Shown piece by piece: positions 10,798-19,880 of a stretch of 64,000 nt of DNA. The notes under the pieces are model-generated. The model saw only the letters and a list, made by a program, of their open reading frames with translations. It searched no databases and was not told where the DNA came from. Made by a program: the position numbers and the translations under genes. How positions within the stretch are numbered: the stretch's first letter is position 1; every line of letters begins with the position of its first letter. Source of the stretch: Candidatus Bathyarchaeota archaeon (GTDB lineage Archaea > Thermoproteota > Bathyarchaeia > 40CM-2-53-6); NCBI GenBank assembly GCA_963833125.1, contig CAWHWX010000018.1, positions 1 to 64,000 of the forward strand, read 5' to 3'.

Positions 10798-11922
10798 CTG
10801 CCAGAAAAGACGTACGGCGCCGCCGTTCATGGCGCTGGCGACGTCAGCACCCAGCACATCAAAGCTTACCTCAACAATCCACATACTCGCGTCGTAGCCA
10901 TCTCAAGCAAACGAGAAGAAAGCGCACGAAAACTCGCAGAGGCATATGGACTTCGGGACGTCAAGATCTACACTGATTATCAGAAGCTCCTAGATGACCC
11001 GAACGTCGACATAATTTCCATTTGCACTCCGCAACAACTCCATGCATCAGAAACCGTGAGAGCCGCCCAAGCCCGAAAACATCTCTTGATCGAGAAGCCG
11101 GTGGCGGTAAACCTCTCAGAATTGCATAAGATGCAAGACGCGGTAAAGAAGTCGGGAGTGAAAACGGTAGTTGGTTTCGTGTTGAGATGGAACGGCGTTA
11201 TTGAAAGCATCAAGAACCTTCTTGCCAAGAATTTCTTCGGCAACGTATACTACGTTGAAACTGACTACCAATCTTTCGCCTGGGAACCTGTGGAGGAAAG
11301 ATGGGAATGGGTCAGATCTAAAAGCACAGGAGTTAGCCCGTTTCTGTTGGCGGGCGTTCATGCAATAGATATGGCACGCTGGCTGTCCGATAAACGCCCC
11401 GAAGGGACCTCGAACATTGTTGAAGTAGTATCCTATTCAGGAGGGTACCGGAAAGGAAAGGTACTCGCACCTTTGGATTACGATGTGAAACGGTATACTG
11501 GACGTAGTGCGACCGGGATGACGGTTCCCCCGCTCGAATATGATGGGCTAGAGGTAATGCTGGTCAAGTTCGATAACGGTGCGTTAGGAAAAATATCAAC
11601 GAACTTTGATTCGGTAATGCCCTACAATTTTGTCTGGGAGGTTTACGGCGATAGGGGTACCTGCAAACGAAACATGGTTTGGTCAAAAGAGTTCCCTGGG
11701 CAAACAGACTGGGTTCCAATTAGCGGAAATATGCCTGATTCTGCCGCCGTGGGTACGCATCCATTTCAAGATGAAATAGACCATCTTGTTGATTGCATTA
11801 GAACCAACCGTGAGTCACATTGCAACCTTGAGAACGCCGTCAATACGCATGAAGCCGCCTTTGCCGCCATGACTTCTCGCGAACAAGGAAGTAAGCCCGT
11901 CAGGCTACCTCTAACCGCATGA
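10798..11922 (+). CDS. Gfo/Idh/MocA family NAD(P)-dependent oxidoreductase
   Basis: The frame of ORF 11056 stays open upstream and encodes YGAAVHGAG (Rossmann), LLDDPNVDIISICTP and LIEKP. No ATG/GTG/TTG precedes the Rossmann motif; CTG at 10798 is the proposed start. Confidence 0.85.
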   Translation: MPEKTYGAAVHGAGDVSTQHIKAYLNNPHTRVVAISSKREESARKLAEAYGLRDVKIYTDYQKLLDDPNVDIISICTPQQLHASETVRAAQARKHLLIEKPVAVNLSELHKMQDAVKKSGVKTVVGFVLRWNGVIESIKNLLAKNFFGNVYYVETDYQSFAWEPVEERWEWVRSKSTGVSPFLLAGVHAIDMARWLSDKRPEGTSNIVEVVSYSGGYRKGKVLAPLDYDVKRYTGRSATGMTVPPLEYDGLEVMLVKFDNGALGKISTNFDSVMPYNFVWEVYGDRGTCKRNMVWSKEFPGQTDWVPISGNMPDSAAVGTHPFQDEIDHLVDCIRTNRESHCNLENAVNTHEAAFAAMTSREQGSKPVRLPLTA

Positions 11923-12011
11923 GGCACTCGCTACGACGGACTGAGTTGGCGTCGGGGATTATTTGCCGAAGCTTTAAGTGAAAAGCATCGCTTGCTCCGT
12001 CCCGATCATAA

Positions 12012-13295
12012 TTGAGTAATGGACGATTCAAGGTAGCCGAGGTTAAGGCTAGGCAAATTCTCGATTGCAGAGGCGATCCCACCGTTCAGGTCGAGATTCG
12101 AACTGAGGAGGGCATAACTGGACGGGCTGACGTCCCGCAAGGCAGATCCACTGGTAAGCACGAAGCGTTTGTCGTAAGAGATAATGGCCGTCAATTCGAC
12201 GGCAGGGGAGTGGGCCGGGCTGTTAGAAATGTTACTCACATTATCGCACCTGCGCTGAAAGGCCTCGATGTTAGACACCAGAGGGAAATCGATGCTAAGC
12301 TCATCAAATTAGATGGTACCGAGAATAAGTCGAAGCTTGGAGCGAACGCCATAGTCGGCGTCTCACTTGCAATATCCCGAACCGCAGCAAACGCACTGGC
12401 GGTTCCACTGTATGCTTACGTTGGCGGCGTAGCGTCATGTGTCCTACCCGTCCCGTTGCTAAATTACATTAACGGCGGTAAACTCGCTGCAACTAATCTT
12501 GATTTTCAAGAACATATGATACTCCCAGTCGGAGCAAAGTCATTCTCAGAAGCCATGCGGATTGGTGTTGAAGTCTACCATGAGCTGGGCCGCATGCTTG
12601 CCAGGAAGTACACGAAGTTCGTGCTCAATACGGCTGACGAAGGCGGCTACACACCACCTATGACTGATCCCAGAGACGCCCTGGACGCAGAACTGAAAGC
12701 AATAGAAGAATTAGGGTACGCGAAGGATTTCGTTCTAGGCCTAGACTGCGCCGCAACACACCTCTACCATAAGAAGCAGAGGACGTATACTTTCATGGGT
12801 AAGCGGATCAGCCGCGAGAGTTTGATCGACTTCTATGAAGACCTAACACGCCGTTATCCCATCGTTTCGATTGAGGATCCACTAGAAGAAGAAGACTTTG
12901 AGGGTTTCAAGGAACTCACCCGCACGTTAGGTATCCAAATCGTAGGCGATGATCTGTTCGTAACTAACGTGAAGCGGCTTGGGAGGGGAATTAGATTGGG
13001 TGCAGCGAATGCGTTATTGTGGAAAGTGAATCAAGTAGGAACGCTATCCGAGGCACTTGACGCGGCAAATATGGCTTTCAAGAACGGATACGGAGTACAA
13101 GTTTCCGAGAGATCCGGCCAGACTGAAGACACGTGGCTCGCTGACCTCACAGTCGCACTGAACGCGGGCCAAATCAAAACCGGAGCCCCATGCAGAAGTG
13201 AGAGAGTCGCGCAGTACAACCGTCTCTTGAAGATTGAGGAGGAACTCGGGAAATCGGCCAAATACCCCGGAAGGCATTTCAGGAAACCAGTCTGA
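12012..13295 (+). CDS. eno: Enolase-family protein 1 (divergent active site)
   Basis: RQILDCRGDPTV, LGANAI, DEGG, SIEDP, GDDLFVTN, KVNQVGT, QIKTGAP. Has GGKLA and SERSG where canonical enolase has GGxHA and SHRSG. Confidence 0.9.
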   Translation: MSNGRFKVAEVKARQILDCRGDPTVQVEIRTEEGITGRADVPQGRSTGKHEAFVVRDNGRQFDGRGVGRAVRNVTHIIAPALKGLDVRHQREIDAKLIKLDGTENKSKLGANAIVGVSLAISRTAANALAVPLYAYVGGVASCVLPVPLLNYINGGKLAATNLDFQEHMILPVGAKSFSEAMRIGVEVYHELGRMLARKYTKFVLNTADEGGYTPPMTDPRDALDAELKAIEELGYAKDFVLGLDCAATHLYHKKQRTYTFMGKRISRESLIDFYEDLTRRYPIVSIEDPLEEEDFEGFKELTRTLGIQIVGDDLFVTNVKRLGRGIRLGAANALLWKVNQVGTLSEALDAANMAFKNGYGVQVSERSGQTEDTWLADLTVALNAGQIKTGAPCRSERVAQYNRLLKIEEELGKSAKYPGRHFRKPV

Positions 13296-13319
13296 ATAGC
13301 GAATGGTGAGCTGCAAGAT

Positions 13320-14586
13320 TTGATTTTAGAATCAGTGCATGCGAGAGATATTGGATGGCCGCGGATGGCCGACCGTCGAGGTTGAGATTCGTTCGCAAGG
13401 GAAAAGCTTCCGCGACCAAGTCCCAACTGGACTGTCACGTGGAAGCCATGAAGCCTTCGAGCTCAGAGATGGGGGTAGGAGGTACAGCGGGCGAGGCGTG
13501 AGTAAGGCGGTTTCGAATGTTAACGAGATTATCGGACCAAAAATCGTAGGCAAAGACTTCTCATCCCAGCAGGAGATTGACAAGCAACTTATCGAAATCG
13601 ACGGCACCCCTAACAAACGAAGGCTTGGTGCAAATGCGATTCTAGGCGTGTCGATGGCAGCGGCCAGAGCTGGGGCGGAGGTGCTTGGCGTTCCAGTGTT
13701 CAAGTATCTGGCTAAGGGGGAGGCAAACACATTGCCCACCCCATTCTTCGACGTCATCGGAGGAGGAAAGCTTGCAGGTATCCCAATGGAAATTCAAGAA
13801 TGCATCTTCGTGCCATCAGGTTTCAATTCATACACCCAAGCAATGCAGGCGAGCGTCGAGGTCTATTACGAACTAGCTAAAGTGTTAGAGAAGAAATTCG
13901 GAAAATCCGCATTAAATGTAGGTGACGATGGCGGCTACGCACCCCCGATCAAGGCCGCGGAAGAAGGTTTTTCTCTAATTCGAAAAGCTGTTGAGAAATT
14001 AGGATATTCGAAGTACATAGATTACGCCATGGACGCGGCGGCGACACACTTCTACAACCCACGCACCCGAACATACACTCTACGCGGCCGCAAGATCAAG
14101 TACGAGAAACTGCTTGAATATTACGAAATGTTGGTTAAAAGATTCGACCTAATTTCAATCGAAGATCCTCTCTGTCAAGACGACTGGGATGGATTTCAAG
14201 AATGCAGACAACGACTAAAGATCCAGATCGTTGGCGACGACCTCTTTGCAACTAACCTGGCTCGACTCGAAAAGGGTATCCGACATCAAGCAGCTAACGC
14301 CATGTTACTCAAACTAAACCAAGTTGGAACTGTAACCGAGGCCTTAGACGCGGGTCGCAGTGCTTTGGGAAATGGGTACGGCGTCATGGTTTCTGAACGT
14401 TCAGGTGAACCTGAGGACGATCTGATTGCGGACGTTGCAGTAGCTTTGAACTGCGGGCAGATCAAAACAGGAGCCCCTTCACGGGCTGAACACACGGCTA
14501 AGTATAATCGGCTCTTCAGAATAGAGGAGCGGCTAGGTGCTCAAGCCAGCTACGTCGGTGGTCGGGCACTCTCTAAGCTATACTAA
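13320..14586 (+). CDS. eno: Enolase-family protein 2 (divergent active site; probable frameshift near 13345)
   Basis: Full enolase fold motifs with GGKLA, GDDGG and SERSGEP. A TTG at 13320, after GGTGAG, encodes ILESVHAR in another frame and joins EILDGRG at a GA repeat. Confidence 0.88.
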
Positions 14587-14672
14587 CGTCTGCTGGTTGC
14601 CCTCAAACCCCTGAGAACTTTGGCGAGTAACTCGGTGAGTGACATGGAGAATTTGGAGCGGGGACTCGCTAG

Positions 14673-16023
14673 TTGATCATCAAGAATCGCGAGGAACTTC
14701 TAAGCGAAGGAAATATTCCTGGTCGAAGGATCGTTCTTGATATTCTTGAGCATGCGGTCCGTGAGGTAAGCTTCGAGAAACTCGTTAGGGGGTTCGTTCA
14801 GGTCGGAGATCTGCTACGAATCGGTTCCCAATTATACGATCTCAAGGCGGTAAGCGATATCTACGTTCTAGGCGCGGGCAAACAGGTCTCATACATGGCG
14901 GCCGCCTTGGAGAATATATTGGGAGAAAGAATCAGTGACGGCGTCGTGATAGAAAAAGAAGGATGGGGCTGTTCGACTGAAAGAATTCGAATCGTGAAAG
15001 GCGGCCATCCACTGCCTGATGAAAATGGCATAGAAGGGGCAAAAGAGATCGTTCGAATTGCCAAAGCGCTTAAGGAAGATAGCTTGGCGATTGTTTGCGT
15101 ATCAGGGGGGTGCACGGCGCTCGCCGAATTACCCCCTGCCGGCGTCACTTTACAAGAAGTTCGAACAGTATTCGACTTGCTGCTGAGTGCCGGCGCTCCG
15201 ATTGAGGATCAGAACACCGTCAGGACACATCTGTCCCAATTGGGAGGAGGCAAACTATCGACTCTCCTACAGCCAGCTCAGGTCGTGGGCCTCATAGCTG
15301 TTGATGAGGTCTCCGGCCTGCTTTGGGGGCCCACTGTTCCTGACACAGCAACATTCGGCGACGCAATCAAAGTGCTAAGAAAATACGATTTGTGGGAACG
15401 GATTCCAAAATCGGTTCGTACGTATTTCGAGGAAGCGCGACCAAGTGAGGAAACACCCAAAGCCGCTGATTTTGATAGATTGGTTGTGAGGGTAGACAAT
15501 CTCGTCTTGGCCGACAATAACATGCTCTGTGAGGCAGCGGAGGCGAAGGGGAGAGAATTGAATTTGAAACGCGAAAACTATTGCGACCAAACTTGAGGGC
15601 GAAGCGAGAACAGTCGGGACAGTGCTAGCATCCATCGCACTCGAGATTGAAAGAAGTGGAAGCCCACTCCAGACGCCGTGTGTTATGATTGCTGGAGGAG
15701 AGACAACAGTCACTCTTGCTGCGAATTCGGGAAAGGGTGGAAGAAATCAGGAACTAGCTCTCTCAGCGGCGCTGAAGATTGCAGATAGCAAGAGAATCGT
15801 AATGGCATCCTTGGGCACGGACGGATCTGATGGCCCAACAGATATCGCGGGAGCGATCGTGGACGGCAACACGTTCAGGAGAGCAGAGAATGCTGGTCTA
15901 GACCTCTTCGAGAATTTGAAGAGACATGACTCTGCGAATACTTGCATAAAGTCTGGGTCTGCAATCCGCACCAACGACACAGAAACGAACGTCATGGATT
16001 TGATGATAATTTACGTAGCCTAA
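14673..16023 (+). CDS. MOFRL/DUF4147 glycerate 2-kinase-like protein (frameshift near 15568)
   Basis: GAGK, GHPLPD, SGGCTAL, RTHLS, then GEAR, GGETTV, GGRNQE, GTDGSDG, TETNVMD across ORFs 14673-15596 and 15622-16023. Confidence 0.9.
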
Positions 16024-16079
16024 TTGGCGATAGCGTGAAACATCTACAACGAATCTGCCACACAAATCCTACTCTTTTT

Positions 16080-16280
16080 GCCCGCCTCATTTTCTTGGGA
16101 ACTTTGTTCGTCAACGCTCTGGCGAATCCGGCTTGGGCAGGTCCCTTCGGCATTCAAACGGCCGCCATGATAATTGCAGCTTTCGTTCTTGGTGTCGGCT
16201 CCTATCTTGGAATGAAGACTTATCAGAAACGAAAAGGACTGGACATTTCCCTAGTGTTCAAAGAGATTCCGCCGGAGTAG
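16080..16280 (+). pseudogene. Orphan C-terminal fragment of an APC permease
   Basis: Two TM helices then KRKGLDISLVFKEIPPE, matching the C-termini of the full permeases. No N-terminal part upstream. Confidence 0.75.
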
Positions 16281-16351
16281 ACCTTTACTTCCTGATGGAT
16301 TTTCAGAAGCCAATTCGGCGGTCCGAACTGTGCGGTCGGACTTGAACTCAG

Positions 16352-17121
16352 TTAGGGTTAGAGCCGGAGGGACTTGAACTAGATAAGGTGCGGGCCCTTT
16401 GAAAAATTGACTAGCTGGAGCGGATATCCCTTACAAGAACACACAAAAATATGTAATCGGGATCGCTAGAAATGCAGGGTACGTTTTTTCAAAAATAGAT
16501 AAGAATTCTTTTCCGGTAGATACTAAAAACCAGAAGAACGCTAATTATCACTAAGTATGCTGGGAAGGCGTACTGTGAAAAGGTCCATGCGGTGATTGCG
16601 AGGAAACTCGTAAGGCCGCCGAAAATTCCAACCGAGTACATGCATGCTGACTCTGATTCCGGATGCTGCCACCCTTTAACGAGCGTCGGAACTGAGGCCA
16701 GGGTGTCGCTTAAGATTGCGAACAAGATGGCAACGTCTGGATCGCTCGTCACTACCCAAGAAACTAAGGCCAAGGCTGACAGCAGGCCGCAAGCATAATC
16801 TAGTTTGACCAACTTCCAATGAGCCCCCTTTACAACAAAGGAAGCAGCGAAGATCAAGAGCGGACAGAAACCCGACATAAACACTGGCACAGCAGCCAAG
16901 CCGGCGCCATTGGAAACTGCTGCAGCAAAACTAATCATTGCCGCAATCGCCCACAGCAGCCAGCTCACTCGATTCGGCTTCACACTCCCCTTCAACATCG
17001 ACCTTACGTAAACGTAAGCAGCGACCAAGAATGCTCCAGCCGACACAAAAACCAGATACTGCAACATCTCAATCATCAGTGACTACTTGATGGCATTGTC
17101 GTGGATGTGTACCCCACGGTG
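16352..17121. repeat. Repeat B copy 2
   Basis: Direct repeat of 3317-4086; begins with the tRNA-like motif GCCGGAGGGACTTGAAC. Confidence 0.95.
16489..17076 (-). CDS. Hypothetical integral membrane protein, copy 2
   Basis: 195 aa; about 13 substitutions relative to 3454-4041. Confidence 0.8.
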   Translation of the reverse strand: MIEMLQYLVFVSAGAFLVAAYVYVRSMLKGSVKPNRVSWLLWAIAAMISFAAAVSNGAGLAAVPVFMSGFCPLLIFAASFVVKGAHWKLVKLDYACGLLSALALVSWVVTSDPDVAILFAILSDTLASVPTLVKGWQHPESESACMYSVGIFGGLTSFLAITAWTFSQYAFPAYLVIISVLLVFSIYRKRILIYF

Positions 17122-17226
17122 AAACTCGTAATTTGAACCGTTAGGTTGAGTTGCAGTTTTTAGTGTGCGTATAGTAGTGCGTATCGTCATCGGTCCGTTG
17201 TCATATCTGTTGCAGGTGGATTTCGT

Positions 17227-17619
17227 TGTCGGCGTGGTCACACGTTATTTTGGTACCATACACAGGAACTTGAGAGGTTTGTCGGAGCTTGCTTGAAATT
17301 GGTGTCTTTGATTTGGCGGAATCAGGATCGCATCGCCTGGTGCGATCTTCTCCTCTCGGTCTTCGTATCTAACCTTGCCATTACCTTCTAGAACATAGAC
17401 TTCATGTTCCCAGTCGTGACTGTGGAACGGAGTAAAACCGCCAGCGTCCACTGTGAAGTGACGCATCAAGAATGATGGTGCCTTGTCCTTGTTGATAAGC
17501 CACTTTATCTTCACGCCTTGCGTGCCTTCCTCAGTAACAGCGGCATCGGGCGTTTCGTTCAGCTGGGCTTTGTACAATATCGTTCGCTGCCCAAGAAACG
17601 TCGGCGGCAAGATAAACCG
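17227..17619. repeat. Repeat A copy 2
   Basis: Direct repeat of 2336-2727. Confidence 0.95.
17245..17577 (-). CDS. Cupin domain protein, copy 2
   Basis: HSHDWEHE motif; 5 aa differences from copy 1. Confidence 0.85.
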   Translation of the reverse strand: MYKAQLNETPDAAVTEEGTQGVKIKWLINKDKAPSFLMRHFTVDAGGFTPFHSHDWEHEVYVLEGNGKVRYEDREEKIAPGDAILIPPNQRHQFQASSDKPLKFLCMVPK

Positions 17620-17652
17620 AGCGGAGGTAAAGAAGTACACATCCGCCTGCAG

Positions 17653-18678
17653 TTAGGAATTTTTTGCGAACGCGAAGTCTTGTTCTGCTATGCGGTTGAC
17701 CCACTGTTCTTGAATGTCACCGAGAATTACGTGACGTCCCATGCTTAGAGCTTCTTTGGCCCATCGAGCCCGACCCGCGAACGGGTCAAGCACCACATCG
17801 CCCGGCTGACTCAATGCTTTCAGGAGTTGAATGAATAGGGCTGCTGGTTTTTCGGCTTCGTGTTCTGTAGCGCCAATATCACAAACCCTCCTTAGTTTCT
17901 TGGCTTCAATGAAATTCGGCATTCCCAAGTCCCAGAGTTGACCGTTTCGTTCTCCTGCTGTGAACAAGAGAATTTGCATGCATTGGTTGCGACCGCACTG
18001 GTAGCCCATGCCGATTATTCCCTTATCCCACGTGATTGTTCCCCAGAAAACAAACCCGATTGATTGCGCAAGTTCGATTAGTTTTGTTATGTGTGGATAC
18101 GTGGTTCTGTTGAATGCGGGAACCATGACGGCGCAGGCTGCGCCGCCTTTCGGGAATTCCTCTTTAGTTTTCTTCTCTGCGTTTATGGTGTTCCATGTTC
18201 GAGACTTGTTCAAAACTCTGAAGGCTTCTCTTAGCCATTGTTCTTCTATGTCGTGTTGTTCGTATGTGCGCTTTCCGTCCATGAATGCGTGTGGACGGGT
18301 TGTGCCTTTTCCTAGCCATTGTTGTGTGCCCATGTTAAAGGGCGGGTCGGTTATGATGGCGTCTATTGAATCTGGTTCGATTTTGCTCAGTACATTCCAA
18401 GCATCGCCTTCAACTATGAGAATTTGAGCAGGCCCAGACCGTGCGAAATACACACCTTTCGTTACTCGAATAATTTTTCCCGCGTCCATGGCTTCATACA
18501 GTCGCGCTCGAATTGTTTCATTGGCCACGTCAGAACGGAATTTCTGAACGAATGAATAGATCGTGTTTAATGGTTCGGGTTTAGCTTGACATGCTTCAAT
18601 GACTAATTTCTGAATGGTTGGTTCTGTCTTTTCTTCGCCTTTTTGACTTGTGGTTTGAAACGTAAACGTAGTTTGCAT
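17653..18678 (-). CDS. N6-adenine/N4-cytosine DNA methyltransferase (beta class) with N-terminal winged-helix-like domain
   Basis: GDA, IDAIITDPPF (motif IV), H..EKP, DVVLDPFAG (motif I, degenerate FAGRAR). N-terminal TIRARLYE...IIRVTKGVY looks like a wHTH. ATG at 18678; ORF extends to 18738. Confidence 0.85.
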   Translation of the reverse strand: MQTTFTFQTTSQKGEEKTEPTIQKLVIEACQAKPEPLNTIYSFVQKFRSDVANETIRARLYEAMDAGKIIRVTKGVYFARSGPAQILIVEGDAWNVLSKIEPDSIDAIITDPPFNMGTQQWLGKGTTRPHAFMDGKRTYEQHDIEEQWLREAFRVLNKSRTWNTINAEKKTKEEFPKGGAACAVMVPAFNRTTYPHITKLIELAQSIGFVFWGTITWDKGIIGMGYQCGRNQCMQILLFTAGERNGQLWDLGMPNFIEAKKLRRVCDIGATEHEAEKPAALFIQLLKALSQPGDVVLDPFAGRARWAKEALSMGRHVILGDIQEQWVNRIAEQDFAFAKNS

Positions 18679-18829
18679 AGAATTCACCCATTTTCGATCC
18701 TGTGAAGCTAAATAGGGATGAGAGGTCCGTGAAAGCAATCAGCCATTAGGTTAGCAGGACCAGAATTCCGAATAGCGGGTTTGCGAATCTCAACTCGGCT
18801 TCCTTTGAAACGTTAGATGTCAAACCAGC

Positions 18830-19600
18830 TCATAATATCCGCGTTTTGCCTTCGGCAGTGAACTTCAGTAAGCCCTGGTCTCGCAATGTCTGCATTTGTT
18901 GTCGTATCTTTTGTTCAACGAACTTATTCTTAGGATGAAGTCGTTGAAGTTCATCTCTATACGAATATACCTCCTGCAGAGTAAAAACTGATTTCCTTAG
19001 GTCTCTTACGCACCTAAGAACATCTGCTGTCCAGCCTCTTCCCTCTAATGTCTTGCGAGCCAACAGTTTGGCTGTTCTCAGGTATTTCTCATGAACTTTC
19101 TGTATGTTTTCGATTTGCTCGTCTCTAACAATTGCAACATGACCATCCTCTGGCACCATTCCAAGTGAAATATCGCATCCTTGCCAAGGTTTGCTCCTTG
19201 ATTTTGGCTTACTAGGTTCGCTTGGGAGGATAGATGACTCCGTGAAGAAGAACTGAGGAATCACCTCTAGGTCTACAACCACAAGGCGAGGTTTGTCATA
19301 GTGGAGTAAGGCTAGATTGGGATTCGTTCTAGCCTTGACCGACCGCATGAGAGTCTGATAATCGCCGTCTCTGACCTTGCCTGCGAATGGTTTCATGCTC
19401 GCCTTGAGGTTGTAGGTTTGAAAACATTGAAGACACTTGAAATCAAGAACCTTCGTATTGGCCTTCTGCCGTGACAGTCTAAGTTCGAGACAATTTGGGC
19501 AATACAGATTGTTCTCTGCCCAACCTTCACTCAAACATCGCGCTTGCTGTTGACTGCTAGAATACTTATCCAGGCAAAGCGGATCTAGTGAGAGTTCCAA
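18830..19600 (-). CDS. DpnI / Dam-replacing family modification-dependent endonuclease
   Basis: YSS..QQAR.LSE.W, YCPNC, DF.C..C, DG.Y.T, NPN, GW..DVL.C and the C-terminal winged helix HPKN...KIRQQMQ.LRD.G. Confidence 0.88.
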   Translation of the reverse strand: MELSLDPLCLDKYSSSQQQARCLSEGWAENNLYCPNCLELRLSRQKANTKVLDFKCLQCFQTYNLKASMKPFAGKVRDGDYQTLMRSVKARTNPNLALLHYDKPRLVVVDLEVIPQFFFTESSILPSEPSKPKSRSKPWQGCDISLGMVPEDGHVAIVRDEQIENIQKVHEKYLRTAKLLARKTLEGRGWTADVLRCVRDLRKSVFTLQEVYSYRDELQRLHPKNKFVEQKIRQQMQTLRDQGLLKFTAEGKTRIL

Positions 19601-19748
19601 TATTTCACACCTACAAGTGCAGGTTTATCTAATTGTCCTTATGCGAAGCGCTGAAAGATGTTGGGGCAGCGATTTCTCAACTCAGCTCCCGCTGACGAGC
19701 CATTCGACACACGCTGTGCATTATTCATCCCTGGTCCTCCATGCCTGT

Positions 19749-19815
19749 AGTCCATTCTGCGCAGGCCAATTTGAAGCTAAAAGCCAAGAACGAATCTGTA
19801 ACGAAAACCGTCTTC
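19749..19815 (+). pseudogene. Degenerate fragment of a small Zn-ribbon gene (paralogue of 30104-30265)
   Basis: SPFCAGQFEAKSQERICN aligns with CPLCAGQLEAESQEQIWN, and both share the DNA TGCGCAGGCCAATT. The first Cys and the second CxxC are lost. Confidence 0.55.
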
Positions 19816-19880
19816 TTGGCAAAGGTTTAGGGTTCAAATTGGTGGGGGAACTCTCTAGCCGGTAAAGACTAATTATTCTA

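Noticed and set aside
13031-14495. Long antisense ORFs over the enolases, and similar shadow ORFs throughout the window
   Set aside because: They mirror conserved sense genes and have no motifs of their own.
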